Shown: positions 1-10,377 of the stretch, in pieces | Layout of the letters: every line of letters starts with the position of its first letter | How positions within the stretch are numbered: the stretch's first letter is position 1 | The notes under the pieces: generated by a model | What the model was told of the DNA's origin: nothing | Seen by the model: the letters and a program-made list of their open reading frames with translations, nothing else | The model's database searches: none | Assembly (NCBI GenBank): GCA_043814965.1 | Contig: JBDRJN010000015.1 | Span: forward strand, 1,503 to 65,502 | Direction of reading: 5' to 3' | Length of the DNA: 64,000 nucleotides | Source of the DNA: Candidatus Omnitrophota bacterium | Lineage (GTDB): Bacteria > Omnitrophota > Gorgyraeia > Gorgyraeales > Gorgyraeaceae | Made by a program: the position numbers and the translations under genes

Positions 1-1
1 C

Positions 2-220
2 ATCGGTGAAGAGGCTTTGAGATTGCCAGGTAAAGAAGTAACTGCTATAAAATTAAGGCTTATACCAGATATGGGCATATTGACAGGCCTATCAAATGCC
101 CTGATACCGCCTACATATGTATGGCATGGAAAAGAGAGCCCCTATATGTGGTTACAATATGAAGGCCTGGAGAGCGGCCTTGGTTCAGAGTGTATAGTGA
201 CTTACGTTCTAGACAAATAG
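2..220 (+). CDS. 3' end of a hypothetical protein (truncated by window start)
   Basis: The frame of the 17..220 ORF is open back to position 2 (IGEEALRLPGK...); no family recognised. Confidence 0.55.
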   Translation: MGEEALRLPGKEVTAIKLRLIPDMGILTGLSNALIPPTYVWHGKESPYMWLQYEGLESGLGSECIVTYVLDK

Positions 221-313
221 GCCGCTCTAAAATTTTGCAATATTTTTAATAATAGATAATACTAATGAGCTACGATATGATTTGCTACCCAAGGGGCCTT
301 CTTTAATTCCTTC

Positions 314-342
314 TTTACTTGCCCTGTCTTTCATGATAAAAT
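314..342 (+). promoter_or_regulatory. Putative sigma70 promoter for the EF-G paralog
   Basis: TTTACT-17 bp-TAAAAT with TG extended -10; GGAGG SD precedes the TTG start at 403. Confidence 0.45.
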
Positions 343-402
343 AAAATTCCATCGGATCTAGTATATATGAACCTGACCATATTAACCTAATGGAGGTACA
401 TT

Positions 403-2466
403 TTGGCGGATTATACTATTAAAGATATAAGAAATATAGCATTAATATCCCATGCAGGGAGCGGTAAGACCACTCTGGCTGAAGCTATTATCCACAATGC
501 AGGGGCATCAAACCGCTTTGGAAAAATAGAGGATGGCACGACCATCAGTGATTATAGCGAAGATGAAAAAGAAAGAAAGGTCTCTATAAATTCAAGCATA
601 CTTAGTTTTAACCTACGCGGAAAACGTATTAATATAATAGATACTCCTGGATATGCTGACTTTATAGGAGAAGCTATCGCTACCTTACCAGCAGTTGACA
701 GCGCTATTGTCCTTATGGATGCCCAGGAAGGAATAGAGGTTGGAACTGAGAGAGTATGGTCTTTAGCATCCAGCTTAAATATACCAAGGGTCATATTTAT
801 AAATAAGATGAACAAGGAGAATGTTGATTTTGATAAAGTTATAGGATCCATAAAAGAAAGATTTGGCAATGGTTCGGTAGTCGTTACTATGCCAATAGGA
901 CATGGTACTGGTTTTAAGGGGGTCATAGATCTCCTTGATAAAGGAAGTATTGGTTCCACGGGTGGAACTGACAAAGAAAAGGCCGCAAAATTAAGAGATT
1001 CTTTGATCGAAGTCATAGCTGAAAACAATGACGAACTCTTAGAAAAGTATCTGGAAGGCACAGAGCTTACTCAGGATGAGATCATGAATGGGTTCAAAAA
1101 AGGGATCGCCAGCGGTAGGATATTCCCGATATTTTCTGGCTCAGCCGTAAGCGACATAGGAGTAAAAGAGTTAAATAAATATATAGTAGATGTATTTCCG
1201 TCCCCAGATGAGGCCTTGCCTAGAAAAGTGAAAGATCAATCCACAAAAGAAGAAAAGGAACTAAAGAGCGAACCTAACGGCCCATTCATTGCGCATGTAT
1301 TTAAAAGCATCTCAGATCCATACGTAGGACAGCTTACTATTTTCAGGGTATTTTCGGGCACGCTTAAATCAGACACAAGTTTTTATAATCTTACAACCCA
1401 GTCCAAAGAAAGATTTGGGCCTTTATTGGGTATGTTCGGAAAAGAGCAAAGCGCTATTACAGAGGCAATAGCAGGTGATATAGTGGCTGTTGCAAAACTT
1501 AAGAGCACTTCTACGGGGGATTCTCTTGGGACAGAAAAAGACGGGGTCTTATTTTCCGAGATGAAGTTTCCTGAGCCGGCTATCTCATTTTCAGTTAAAC
1601 CAAAGACCCGCTCAGATGAAGATAAGATCTCCACTGCCCTTCAAAAACTTTCCGCAGAGGACAATACTTTCAAGGCTTCAAGAGATGAGCAGACAAAAGA
1701 ACTTATTGTATCTGGCATGGGTGACCTGCATCTAGATATCATGATAAATCGCCTTAAGAAAAGATTTAATGTAGATGTAGAGATAGGTACTCCTAAAGTC
1801 GCTTATAAGGAGACAGTTAAAAAGAGCGCAAAGGTCCAGAATAAGCATAAAAAACAAAGCGGAGGCCATGGCCAATACGGGGATGTATGGATAGAGCTTG
1901 AGCCTCTCGAGAGGGGCAAGGGTTTTGAATTTGTTGATAAGATCGTAGGCGGAGCTATCCCTAGGAACTACATACCTGCTGTTGAAAAAGGCGTAGTAGA
2001 GGCAATGAGTAGAGGGGTAATATCCGGAAACCCAATGGTCGACGTAAGAGTGACCCTATACGATGGTTCTTATCATGACGTTGATTCGTCTGATATGTCG
2101 TTTAAAATAGCAGCAAGCGGTGCGCTTAGAAAAGCTGCGCTTGAGGCAGTGCCGATCTTGCTGGAACCTGTCATGGATGTTGATGTCATAGTGCCTGATG
2201 AGTTTATGGGTGATATTACAGGTAATCTAAATTCAAGGCGTGGAAGGATAGCTGGAATGGATGTACAGGGGAAAAGCCAGGTCATAAAGGCAAAAGTACC
2301 GCTAGCAGAGATGTTTAAGTATGCATCTGAGTTAAAATCCATGACAGGCGGAAGGGGAAGTTATAGCATGAGGTTTTCTCATTATGATGAAGTCCCTCAA
2401 AAAACAGCAGAGGGTATTATTAAAAAATATCAGGAACACAGGAAAGAAGAGCAAGAAGCCAAGTAA
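403..2466 (+). CDS. fusA: Elongation factor G paralog (EF-G2-like)
   Basis: Full-length EF-G architecture: SHAGSGKTT, DTPG, NKMN, KQSGGHGQYG, GSYHDVDSS; switch I reads RKVSI instead of RGITI; not in an rpsL-rpsG-tuf operon. Confidence 0.9.
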   Translation: MADYTIKDIRNIALISHAGSGKTTLAEAIIHNAGASNRFGKIEDGTTISDYSEDEKERKVSINSSILSFNLRGKRINIIDTPGYADFIGEAIATLPAVDSAIVLMDAQEGIEVGTERVWSLASSLNIPRVIFINKMNKENVDFDKVIGSIKERFGNGSVVVTMPIGHGTGFKGVIDLLDKGSIGSTGGTDKEKAAKLRDSLIEVIAENNDELLEKYLEGTELTQDEIMNGFKKGIASGRIFPIFSGSAVSDIGVKELNKYIVDVFPSPDEALPRKVKDQSTKEEKELKSEPNGPFIAHVFKSISDPYVGQLTIFRVFSGTLKSDTSFYNLTTQSKERFGPLLGMFGKEQSAITEAIAGDIVAVAKLKSTSTGDSLGTEKDGVLFSEMKFPEPAISFSVKPKTRSDEDKISTALQKLSAEDNTFKASRDEQTKELIVSGMGDLHLDIMINRLKKRFNVDVEIGTPKVAYKETVKKSAKVQNKHKKQSGGHGQYGDVWIELEPLERGKGFEFVDKIVGGAIPRNYIPAVEKGVVEAMSRGVISGNPMVDVRVTLYDGSYHDVDSSDMSFKIAASGALRKAALEAVPILLEPVMDVDVIVPDEFMGDITGNLNSRRGRIAGMDVQGKSQVIKAKVPLAEMFKYASELKSMTGGRGSYSMRFSHYDEVPQKTAEGIIKKYQEHRKEEQEAK

Positions 2467-2467
2467 G

Positions 2468-2552
2468 GCAAAGGCCGAGAATAAGCACATTTCAATGTGC
2501 TTGTTTATGAAGGCCTTTGCGACAATAACTGTAGGGCACACTTCAGTGTGCC
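2468..2552. repeat. Intergenic hairpin plus GTAG-type REP-like palindrome
   Basis: gcaaaggcc/ggcctttgc (2468-2520) encloses aagcacatt/aatgtgctt; then gtagggcacacttcagtgtgcc (2531-2552). Confidence 0.7.
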
Positions 2553-2567
2553 AAAAGGGGGCAACAA

Positions 2568-3308
2568 ATGTCAGGACATTCAAAGTGGGCGTCAATAAAA
2601 CATAAGAAAGCAGCAACTGATTCAAAGAGAGGAAAGGTCTTTACAAAACTAATAAAAGAGATCACTGTAGCGGCTCGTAATGGCGGAGGGGATGTAAGTA
2701 CCAATCCGCGCCTGAGGACAGCTATTGATAGGGCAAAACAAGCCAATATGCCTGCTGATAATATTGATAGGGCTGTAAAGAAAGGTACGGGAGGGCTTGA
2801 AGGAGTTACCTATGAAGAGTTTTCCATAGAAGGCTATGGCCCAGGGGGCGTTGCAATAATGGTGGATGTCTTGACTGACAACAAAAACCGTACCACAGCA
2901 GAGATCAGGAATATATTCTCCAAGAGAAATGGTAATGTTGCAGGCGCTGGAAGCGTGGCCTGGATGTTCGAGAAAAAAGGTTATATAGAGATAGACAAAA
3001 GCGCTGCCACAGAAGACAAGGTAATGGATATCGTACTTGACGCGGGAGCGCAGGACATGGAGACTCAGGATGCTGCATATTCAGTCACGACTGACCCGAA
3101 AGATTTCGAGGCTGTAAAAAAGGCTCTGGAAGATAGCAATATAAAAGTGATCAGCGCTGAAATTACTATGATACCAAAGAGTACGGTCAAACTTACGGGT
3201 GATTCTGTAAAGCAGATCCTTAATCTAGTGGAAGAGCTGGAAGATAGCGATGATTCACAAAATGTATACGCCAATTTTGACATACCAGACGAAGAGATAG
3301 GATCATAA
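2568..3308 (+). CDS. yebC: YebC/PmpR family protein
   Basis: MSGHSKWASIKHKK, EGYGPGG, TDNKNRT motifs; upstream of ruvCAB. Confidence 0.96.
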   Translation: MSGHSKWASIKHKKAATDSKRGKVFTKLIKEITVAARNGGGDVSTNPRLRTAIDRAKQANMPADNIDRAVKKGTGGLEGVTYEEFSIEGYGPGGVAIMVDVLTDNKNRTTAEIRNIFSKRNGNVAGAGSVAWMFEKKGYIEIDKSAATEDKVMDIVLDAGAQDMETQDAAYSVTTDPKDFEAVKKALEDSNIKVISAEITMIPKSTVKLTGDSVKQILNLVEELEDSDDSQNVYANFDIPDEEIGS

Positions 3309-3314
3309 AGCATT

Positions 3315-3821
3315 ATGCGCATTCTTGGTATAGACCCAGGATTGGGGATAACAGGATATGGGCTTATCGAATTAGATAATAGATGTACTAGGCTGCTGGA
3401 AGCAGGGGTTGTCAGGACCAACCCTAACAGCAAAATAGAAAAGAGGCTTTTAGAGATATATAAAAAGATAATAAACTTGATAAATGACACAAAACCGGAT
3501 GTTGCGGTCCTGGAGGAGCTTTATTCTCACTATAAACATCCTAGGACTTCAATATTGATGGGGCATGCCAGAGGGGTCATATCTCTTGCAGTTGAAGAAA
3601 AAGGCGTAGAGCTTGTAAATTATCCAAGTACAAAAGTAAAAAAGGCTATTACCGGCAGAGGCCATGCTTCAAAATCACAGATACAAAGGACTGTAGTGAA
3701 TGTGTTAAATATCAATAGGATCCCTGAACCAGCGGATGTTACTGATGCCCTGGCTCTGGCATTGACCCATGCTAATGTATATATGCATAATCAATCGACG
3801 GTAAAGGCCAGGGCAGCGTAA
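3315..3821 (+). CDS. ruvC: Holliday junction resolvase RuvC
   Basis: ILGIDPG...TGYG, GHARGV, DVTDALALA. Confidence 0.96.
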   Translation: MRILGIDPGLGITGYGLIELDNRCTRLLEAGVVRTNPNSKIEKRLLEIYKKIINLINDTKPDVAVLEELYSHYKHPRTSILMGHARGVISLAVEEKGVELVNYPSTKVKKAITGRGHASKSQIQRTVVNVLNINRIPEPADVTDALALALTHANVYMHNQSTVKARAA

Positions 3822-3846
3822 TCCCTAAAGAGGTGATTTTTAAAAT

Positions 3847-4479
3847 ATGATCTGTAAGGTTTCTGGAAAAATAATCGAAAAAAGAGAAGATTCTATAATA
3901 CTCGATATCAATAATTTCTGCTATGAGATATTGATACCAGGCGCAGTCATGAGTAACTTAGAAAAAGAGATAAAGCAGGACAACTCCATCAGCCTTATAA
4001 CCTATCATTATCATCAGATAGAACCCTCGAGGAGTTTTCCTTTTCTTATAGGTTTTCTGAATGAAATAGAGAAAGAGTTTTTCGAGAAGTTTATAACAGT
4101 CTCTGGCATAGGCCCAAAAGCAGCAGTAAGGGCCTTGAATATCCCTATACCTAAGATTGCTCAAGCTATAGATATAGGAGATGTAGTATTGTTAAAATCC
4201 CTTCCTGGCATAGGACAGCAAAGGGCAAAAGAGATCATAGCAAAACTTCAGGGAAAGATCGGTAAGTTCGGGCTTATACAGGATACCTCAGGTGAAAGTA
4301 TCCCAAGGGCCACACATAAAGAAGGCATGGTAGGCGAGGCCTTGGAGGTCTTGACCCAACTCCAGTACAAGAAGCTTGAAGCAAAAGACATGATAGACAA
4401 GGCGCTTAACCGCAATAGTGATATAAAAAGCGTAGAAGACCTATTGAACGAGGTCTATAAGCAAAAGAGCAAGAAATAA
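3847..4479 (+). CDS. ruvA: Holliday junction branch migration protein RuvA
   Basis: HhH motifs VSGIGPK and LPGIGQQRA; between ruvC and ruvB. Confidence 0.94.
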   Translation: MICKVSGKIIEKREDSIILDINNFCYEILIPGAVMSNLEKEIKQDNSISLITYHYHQIEPSRSFPFLIGFLNEIEKEFFEKFITVSGIGPKAAVRALNIPIPKIAQAIDIGDVVLLKSLPGIGQQRAKEIIAKLQGKIGKFGLIQDTSGESIPRATHKEGMVGEALEVLTQLQYKKLEAKDMIDKALNRNSDIKSVEDLLNEVYKQKSKK

Positions 4480-4486
4480 CCTGGTT

Positions 4487-4540
4487 GCACGACATAAGAT
4501 GCAAGTCACATGTGTCTTGAAACTTGTGTCGTGAGACTTG
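4487..4540. repeat. Convergent heptamer-repeat hairpin (ACAAG-type arms)
   Basis: cacgacataagatgcaagtcaca followed by tgtgtcttgaaacttgtgtcgtg. Confidence 0.7.
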
Positions 4541-4550
4541 AGGCTACATT

Positions 4551-5591
4551 ATGGAAGAAAAAATAAAAGACGATCGTGAGAGATTGATCACAGCCAAAGA
4601 GACAGAAGAGGAAGTAGTCTATAATATTTCTCTTAGGCCTGAAAACCTGGATAGCTTTGTAGGGCAAAAGCATGCGATCGAAAACCTCAAGATAGCTATT
4701 GAGGCTGCGCAAAAGAGAAAAGAAAGCCTTGAGCATATACTTCTGTCAGGGCCTCCTGGCTTGGGTAAGACCACTTTAGCGCATATTATAGCGCATGAGA
4801 TGAATGCCAAGATCACTGCTACTTCAGGGCCTGCCATAGAAAGGGCTGGGGACTTGATAGGTATCCTTACGAATCTTGGAGAAGGGGATATATTATTTAT
4901 CGATGAGATACACAGGCTTTCCAAGGTCGTCGAGGAATTTATATATCCTGCGATGGAGAACTATCAGATAGATTTTTTGATAGATAAAGGGCCTTATGCC
5001 AAGACTATAAAATTTAATCTTAAAAGGTTCACTCTTATAGGCGCTACTACGCGTTCAGGGCTTTTAAGCTCGCCTCTTAGAAGTAGGTTTGGCATCTTTT
5101 ATCATCTGGATTTTTATGAAGTAGAAGACCTCATGAAGATAGTAGACCGTTCTGCTGATCTATTGGGAGTTAAATTAGGAAAGGGCGCTTCATGCGAGAT
5201 CGCAAAACGTTCCAGGGGAACCCCAAGGACCGCTAACAGGCTCCTTAGAAGAGTGAGAGACTATAGTGAAGTCAAAGGAGAGCTTGAGGTCACGAGTTCT
5301 TTAGCTGTAACTGCGCTTGAGAGCCAGAGGATAGATACTGCGGGCCTTGATGATATAGATAGAAAGGTCTTAAAAGCTGCCATAGATTTTTATAATGGAG
5401 GCCCTGTAGGCATAGAATCTCTTGCAGCGACTCTCAATGAAGAGAGTGACACCATAGTAGATGTGGTGGAACCGTTTTTGCTAAAAACAGGTTTTATAAA
5501 GCGCACTCCAAGGGGAAGAGAAGTCACTAAAAAGGCTTATGAGCATTTAAAGATACCATACAAGAAAGACAATCAGAAAGAACTGTTTTGA
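4551..5591 (+). CDS. ruvB: Holliday junction helicase RuvB
   Basis: LRP..., [33 protein letters not shown]. Confidence 0.98.
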   Translation: MEEKIKDDRERLITAKETEEEVVYNISLRPENLDSFVGQKHAIENLKIAIEAAQKRKESLEHILLSGPPGLGKTTLAHIIAHEMNAKITATSGPAIERAGDLIGILTNLGEGDILFIDEIHRLSKVVEEFIYPAMENYQIDFLIDKGPYAKTIKFNLKRFTLIGATTRSGLLSSPLRSRFGIFYHLDFYEVEDLMKIVDRSADLLGVKLGKGASCEIAKRSRGTPRTANRLLRRVRDYSEVKGELEVTSSLAVTALESQRIDTAGLDDIDRKVLKAAIDFYNGGPVGIESLAATLNEESDTIVDVVEPFLLKTGFIKRTPRGREVTKKAYEHLKIPYKKDNQKELF

Positions 5592-5592
5592 T

Positions 5593-5646
5593 GACACAAG
5601 CTGCAAGCCGCCATACACATGTGGCTTGTGTCTTGAGACTTGTAAC
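5593..5646. repeat. Convergent heptamer-repeat hairpin (ACAAG-type arms)
   Basis: gacacaagctgcaagcc...tgtggcttgtgtcttgagacttgtaac. Confidence 0.65.
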
Positions 5647-5654
5647 CTATTTAT

Positions 5655-6215
5655 ATGAGACTATTACTCCACATCTGCTGTGGGCCTTGCGCTATTTATC
5701 CGATAAAAAAATTGGTAGGGACGGTCAATGACCGTCCCCTGCTTGGCAAGAAATTCGATAATGTCACAGGCTTTTTTTATAATCCTAATATCCATCCTCC
5801 CAGTGAATATAAAAAACGTAGAGATACCCTGAGGGCATTGGAAAAGGATATGAATATTAAAGTTATCTATCCTGAGTATATCATGGAGGAGTATTTTAAT
5901 AATATAACACTTGATGCTGGAGCAGCGGCTAGGTGTGAGAGCTGTTGGGAAGCAAGGCTTTTATATACAGCTAGATTTGCTAAAAGAGAGGGTTTTGAGG
6001 CATTCACTACAACGCTTCTTATAAGCCCTTACCAGGACCATGAGATCATTAAGAAGATAGGAGAGAGCATATCAGATAAGGAAGATATAGAGTTTTACTA
6101 TAAAGATCTCCGAAAAGGTTTTAAGGAGTCTCAAGAAGAAGCCAAGAAGAGAGACCTTTATAGGCAGAAATATTGTGGATGCGTGTTCTCAGAATTAGAA
6201 CGGGCAAAGATATAA
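5655..6215 (+). CDS. queH: Epoxyqueuosine reductase QueH
   Basis: LLHICCGPC, FYNPNIHP, RCxxC, FTTTL, YRQKYCGC; near queA/tgt. Confidence 0.93.
   Translation: MRLLLHICCGPCAIYPIKKLVGTVNDRPLLGKKFDNVTGFFYNPNIHPPSEYKKRRDTLRALEKDMNIKVIYPEYIMEEYFNNITLDAGAAARCESCWEARLLYTARFAKREGFEAFTTTLLISPYQDHEIIKKIGESISDKEDIEFYYKDLRKGFKESQEEAKKRDLYRQKYCGCVFSELERAKI
5715..5742. repeat. GTAG-type REP palindrome inside queH coding sequence
   Basis: gtagggacggtcaatgaccgtcccctgc; stem gggacggtca/tgaccgtccc; translated as VGTVNDRPL. Confidence 0.75.
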
Positions 6216-6216
6216 T

Positions 6217-6444
6217 ATGATCGATATAAATGGATTTGGAAAATTATTAATATTAATTGGGCTAATCATAACATTAGCAGGGATTGTATTGACTGTTGCA
6301 GGGAAAGTGCCTTGGGTAGGAAGGCTTCCTGGAGATATATTGATAAAAAAAGAAAACTTCACATTTTATTTTCCCCTAGCTACATCTATTGTCCTCAGCA
6401 TTGTCCTTTCTATGATCTTTATTTTTATAGGCCGCAGACAATGA
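6217..6444 (+). CDS. DUF2905-like small membrane protein
   Basis: GKLLILIG...GRLPGDI...FYFPLATSIVLS pattern. Confidence 0.85.
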   Translation: MIDINGFGKLLILIGLIITLAGIVLTVAGKVPWVGRLPGDILIKKENFTFYFPLATSIVLSIVLSMIFIFIGRRQ

Positions 6445-7571
6445 TAAAAAGACCCTTTTTAGCTTTTATTGTCCTAATAGCTATTTATTTTTTTATCTGC
6501 TATAGAGTGTTTGCTATGGGAGATTCGCCGCCGCAGCATAAGCCTATTTTGATCAGGGTGCTTGTAGAAAAAGACCTCAGCGAAGTCAAGTTGTATATAA
6601 AGGGGGACTATAAAATATTGGATCCAGAGAAGAAGGTCTTGGATGAAGGCAGGTCTTTAAAAGAAAAGATCACTTCTTCTAAAAATGCTTTTTCAGGCAG
6701 CATCAGGATATTACCTGGAGAAAAGACCAATATCTATATCAATAACCGCCAATTTAGGGGTGAGATAGATATCATAAGAAAAGATGACGGAAAGCTGATG
6801 GTCATCAATCATATTGATGTAGAGGAATACTTGTACGGGGTCTTGTACCATGAAGTCTCTCATAGATGGCCAATAGAGGTCTTGAAGGCCCAGGCCATAG
6901 CCGCAAGGACTTATGCCTTATATCAAAAATTTACAACTACAAATAAGTATTTTGACCTTACTTCAGATGTATATTCTCAAATGTATGGAGGCCGTACCTC
7001 AGAGACATATATCACCAGAAAAGCCGTGAACCTTACGATGGGAGAAGTGCTTACTTACGAAGGAAAGGTCTTTCCAGCATATTTTCATGCTACGTGCGGA
7101 GGCAGCACAGCTAGTTCTAATTCTATATGGAGCATAGATCTTTTGCCTTTACGCGGAGTAAAATGCGCGTATTGTGAATTCTCACCTCATTATGCATGGA
7201 AAAAGGATTTTAAATCAATAGATATAGAAGCCAGCCTAAAAAAAGCAGGTTACGATCTAACTATAGTCTCGATAGATATATTAAAAAGAGATCCCTCCGG
7301 AAGGGTTTTAGAGATGGTAATAAAAGGAAAAGATAAACTTGTAAAGTTGGATGGGAATAAATTCAGATTGATAGTAGGGCCTGATCTAATAAGAAGCGCA
7401 GATTTCAATGTAAAGGTCTCAGGCAAATATATATTTTTTGATGGCAAAGGCTGGGGGCATGGTGTCGGTATGTGCCAATGGGGGGCATATGGTATGGCAA
7501 AAGAAGGCTGGCGATCAGAAGAGATACTAGAGTATTATTATCCTGCCTCAAAATTGATAAGGCTTGAATGA
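6441..7571 (+). CDS. SpoIID/LytB family peptidoglycan lytic protein
   Basis: EEYLYGV..E, LKAQAIAARTYA, YFHATCGG, GWGHGVGMCQWGA; ATG 6441 overlaps the upstream stop and begins a signal/TM segment. Confidence 0.9.
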   Translation: MIKRPFLAFIVLIAIYFFICYRVFAMGDSPPQHKPILIRVLVEKDLSEVKLYIKGDYKILDPEKKVLDEGRSLKEKITSSKNAFSGSIRILPGEKTNIYINNRQFRGEIDIIRKDDGKLMVINHIDVEEYLYGVLYHEVSHRWPIEVLKAQAIAARTYALYQKFTTTNKYFDLTSDVYSQMYGGRTSETYITRKAVNLTMGEVLTYEGKVFPAYFHATCGGSTASSNSIWSIDLLPLRGVKCAYCEFSPHYAWKKDFKSIDIEASLKKAGYDLTIVSIDILKRDPSGRVLEMVIKGKDKLVKLDGNKFRLIVGPDLIRSADFNVKVSGKYIFFDGKGWGHGVGMCQWGAYGMAKEGWRSEEILEYYYPASKLIRLE

Positions 7572-8611
7572 TGTTAAAGTTATCGGATTTTGATTATGGC
7601 CTGCCAAAAGAATTGATCGCCCAGTATCCTGCTGATAAGAGGGATGAAAGTAGGCTTTTGGTTTTAGATAGGGCTACTGGAAATATCTCACATCGGGCCT
7701 TCAAAGATATCATAGGATACTTCAGGGAAGGCGATATTCTAGTGATAAATAATACAAAGGTCGTGCCGTCAAGGCTGGTCGGCACGAAAGAGACAGGCGG
7801 CAAGGTCGAGGCGCTTATTTTAAATAATGAGGGTGATCTTGAAAAGCTCTCTGAATACGAAACTCTTTTAAAACCAGCCAGGGGATGCAGGATAGGCGCG
7901 AAATTATTTTTTGATAATGGCAATCTAAAAGCTGAGATCACGAGGATAGAGAATGGCAGAAGGTTTTTAAAGTTTGATGGAAAAAAAGACTTATTGAAAC
8001 TCTTGGATGAAAAAGGCCAGATGCCGCTTCCTCCGTATATAAAACGCGAAGATGAAGTATCGGATAGAGATAGATACCAGACCATCTATGCTTCTAAGAT
8101 AGGTGCAGTAGCTGCGCCTACGGCAGGGTTGCATTTTACAAAAGAGGTCTTAGCTAACCTGTCTGAAAAAGGTGTCAGCTTAGAAGAGCTTACGTTGCAT
8201 GTAGGATATGGCACATTTAAGCCTGTAAAAGAAGAAGACATTGCAAGGCATAAGATGGAAGAAGAGTTCTTTGAGGTAAGAGAAGGCCTTGTCAATAGAT
8301 TGAATAAGAGGGCTGCAAGATCTATCGTTGTGGGGACTACTACCTGCAGAGCGCTTGAAACTGTTGGAAATAAGAAAAATATCAATTTTGTAGACGGTAT
8401 CTATAGCGGCTGGACAGATAAGTTTATATATCCGCCCTATAAATTTAAGAACGTAGATTGTCTTTTGACGAATTTTCATCTTCCGAAGACAACGCTTCTT
8501 ATGCTTGTCAGCGCATTCTCTGGAAGAGAGCTTTTATTTAAGGCATACAAAGAAGCAATAAAGGAGAAATACCGCTTTTATTCCTATGGCGATTGCATGT
8601 TGATAATATAG
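7568..8611 (+). CDS. queA: S-adenosylmethionine:tRNA ribosyltransferase-isomerase
   Basis: FDYxLP.ELIAQYP, PLPPYI, AAPTAGLHF, TNFHLP, YRFYSYGD. Confidence 0.98.
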   Translation: MMLKLSDFDYGLPKELIAQYPADKRDESRLLVLDRATGNISHRAFKDIIGYFREGDILVINNTKVVPSRLVGTKETGGKVEALILNNEGDLEKLSEYETLLKPARGCRIGAKLFFDNGNLKAEITRIENGRRFLKFDGKKDLLKLLDEKGQMPLPPYIKREDEVSDRDRYQTIYASKIGAVAAPTAGLHFTKEVLANLSEKGVSLEELTLHVGYGTFKPVKEEDIARHKMEEEFFEVREGLVNRLNKRAARSIVVGTTTCRALETVGNKKNINFVDGIYSGWTDKFIYPPYKFKNVDCLLTNFHLPKTTLLMLVSAFSGRELLFKAYKEAIKEKYRFYSYGDCMLII

Positions 8612-8700
8612 TAGGAGCGGGTCCTGCCAGCTGATTTACCCCGTAAGTGCTCGCCTTCGCTGTGCGCTTCCGGGGTCCCCAAATCAGCTGTCACCCGCTA
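8611..8700. repeat. Nested GC-rich hairpin starting with GTAG at the queA stop
   Basis: agcgggt/acccgct, cagctgattt/aaatcagctg and accccg/cggggt nested pairings. Confidence 0.6.
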
Positions 8701-8734
8701 TGAATGTTATTATTTATGTTTATGTTCGATTAGG

Positions 8735-8912
8735 TAGTATTTAGGGTCTTCGGCACATTGGAAGCTTTTCGGCAAATGTCCGCAAGGATTTACAGCGAGA
8801 AAATGGCGGAACTGACTTGTGATCAGAAGCTATAGTGAATTCCGCCAAATTTTAGAGCTGTAAACCGTAGCGGACGGCGAAAAGATTCTGTGCCGAACGG
8901 CCCTAAATGCTA
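8735..8912. mobile_element. Long imperfect hairpin, MITE-like or structured RNA
   Basis: tagtatttagggtcttcggcaca pairs with tgtgccgaacggccctaaatgcta; inner pairs gtccgc/gcggac, tttacagc/gctgtaaa, tggcggaa/ttccgcca. Confidence 0.55.
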
Positions 8913-8925
8913 GCTAAAATATTAA

Positions 8926-10079
<1,154 letters not shown>

Positions 10080-10080
<1 letters not shown>

Positions 10081-10367
10081 TGATGAGTCCAGCTACACCG
10101 CAGGCGCCTGCTATAGTGCAGTTAATACCGTTTATATTTATGTTTGCTATATTTTATTTTCTTCTCATAAGGCCCCGGCAGAAAAAACAAAAGGACCTCG
10201 AGAAGATGATATCAGAGCTCAAGAAGAACGATGAGGTAGTCACCTCGAGCGGCATACATGGTACTATCGTAAACGTAAAAGATGTTACTTTTACTCTCAA
10301 GATAGACGAGAATGTAAAGATCGAGATCAACAAAAACGCAGTAGCGTATGTTAAGAAGAGTAGATAG
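10080..10367 (+). CDS. yajC: Preprotein translocase subunit YajC
   Basis: FYFLLIRP.QK, DEVVTSSGIHG; tgt-yajC-secD synteny. Confidence 0.95.
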
Positions 10368-10377
10368 GGAGGAATAA

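Noticed and set aside
6312-6440. N-terminal extension of the SpoIID ORF in the track
   Set aside because: Overlaps the DUF2905 gene; ATG 6441 gives a normal signal sequence and stop/start coupling
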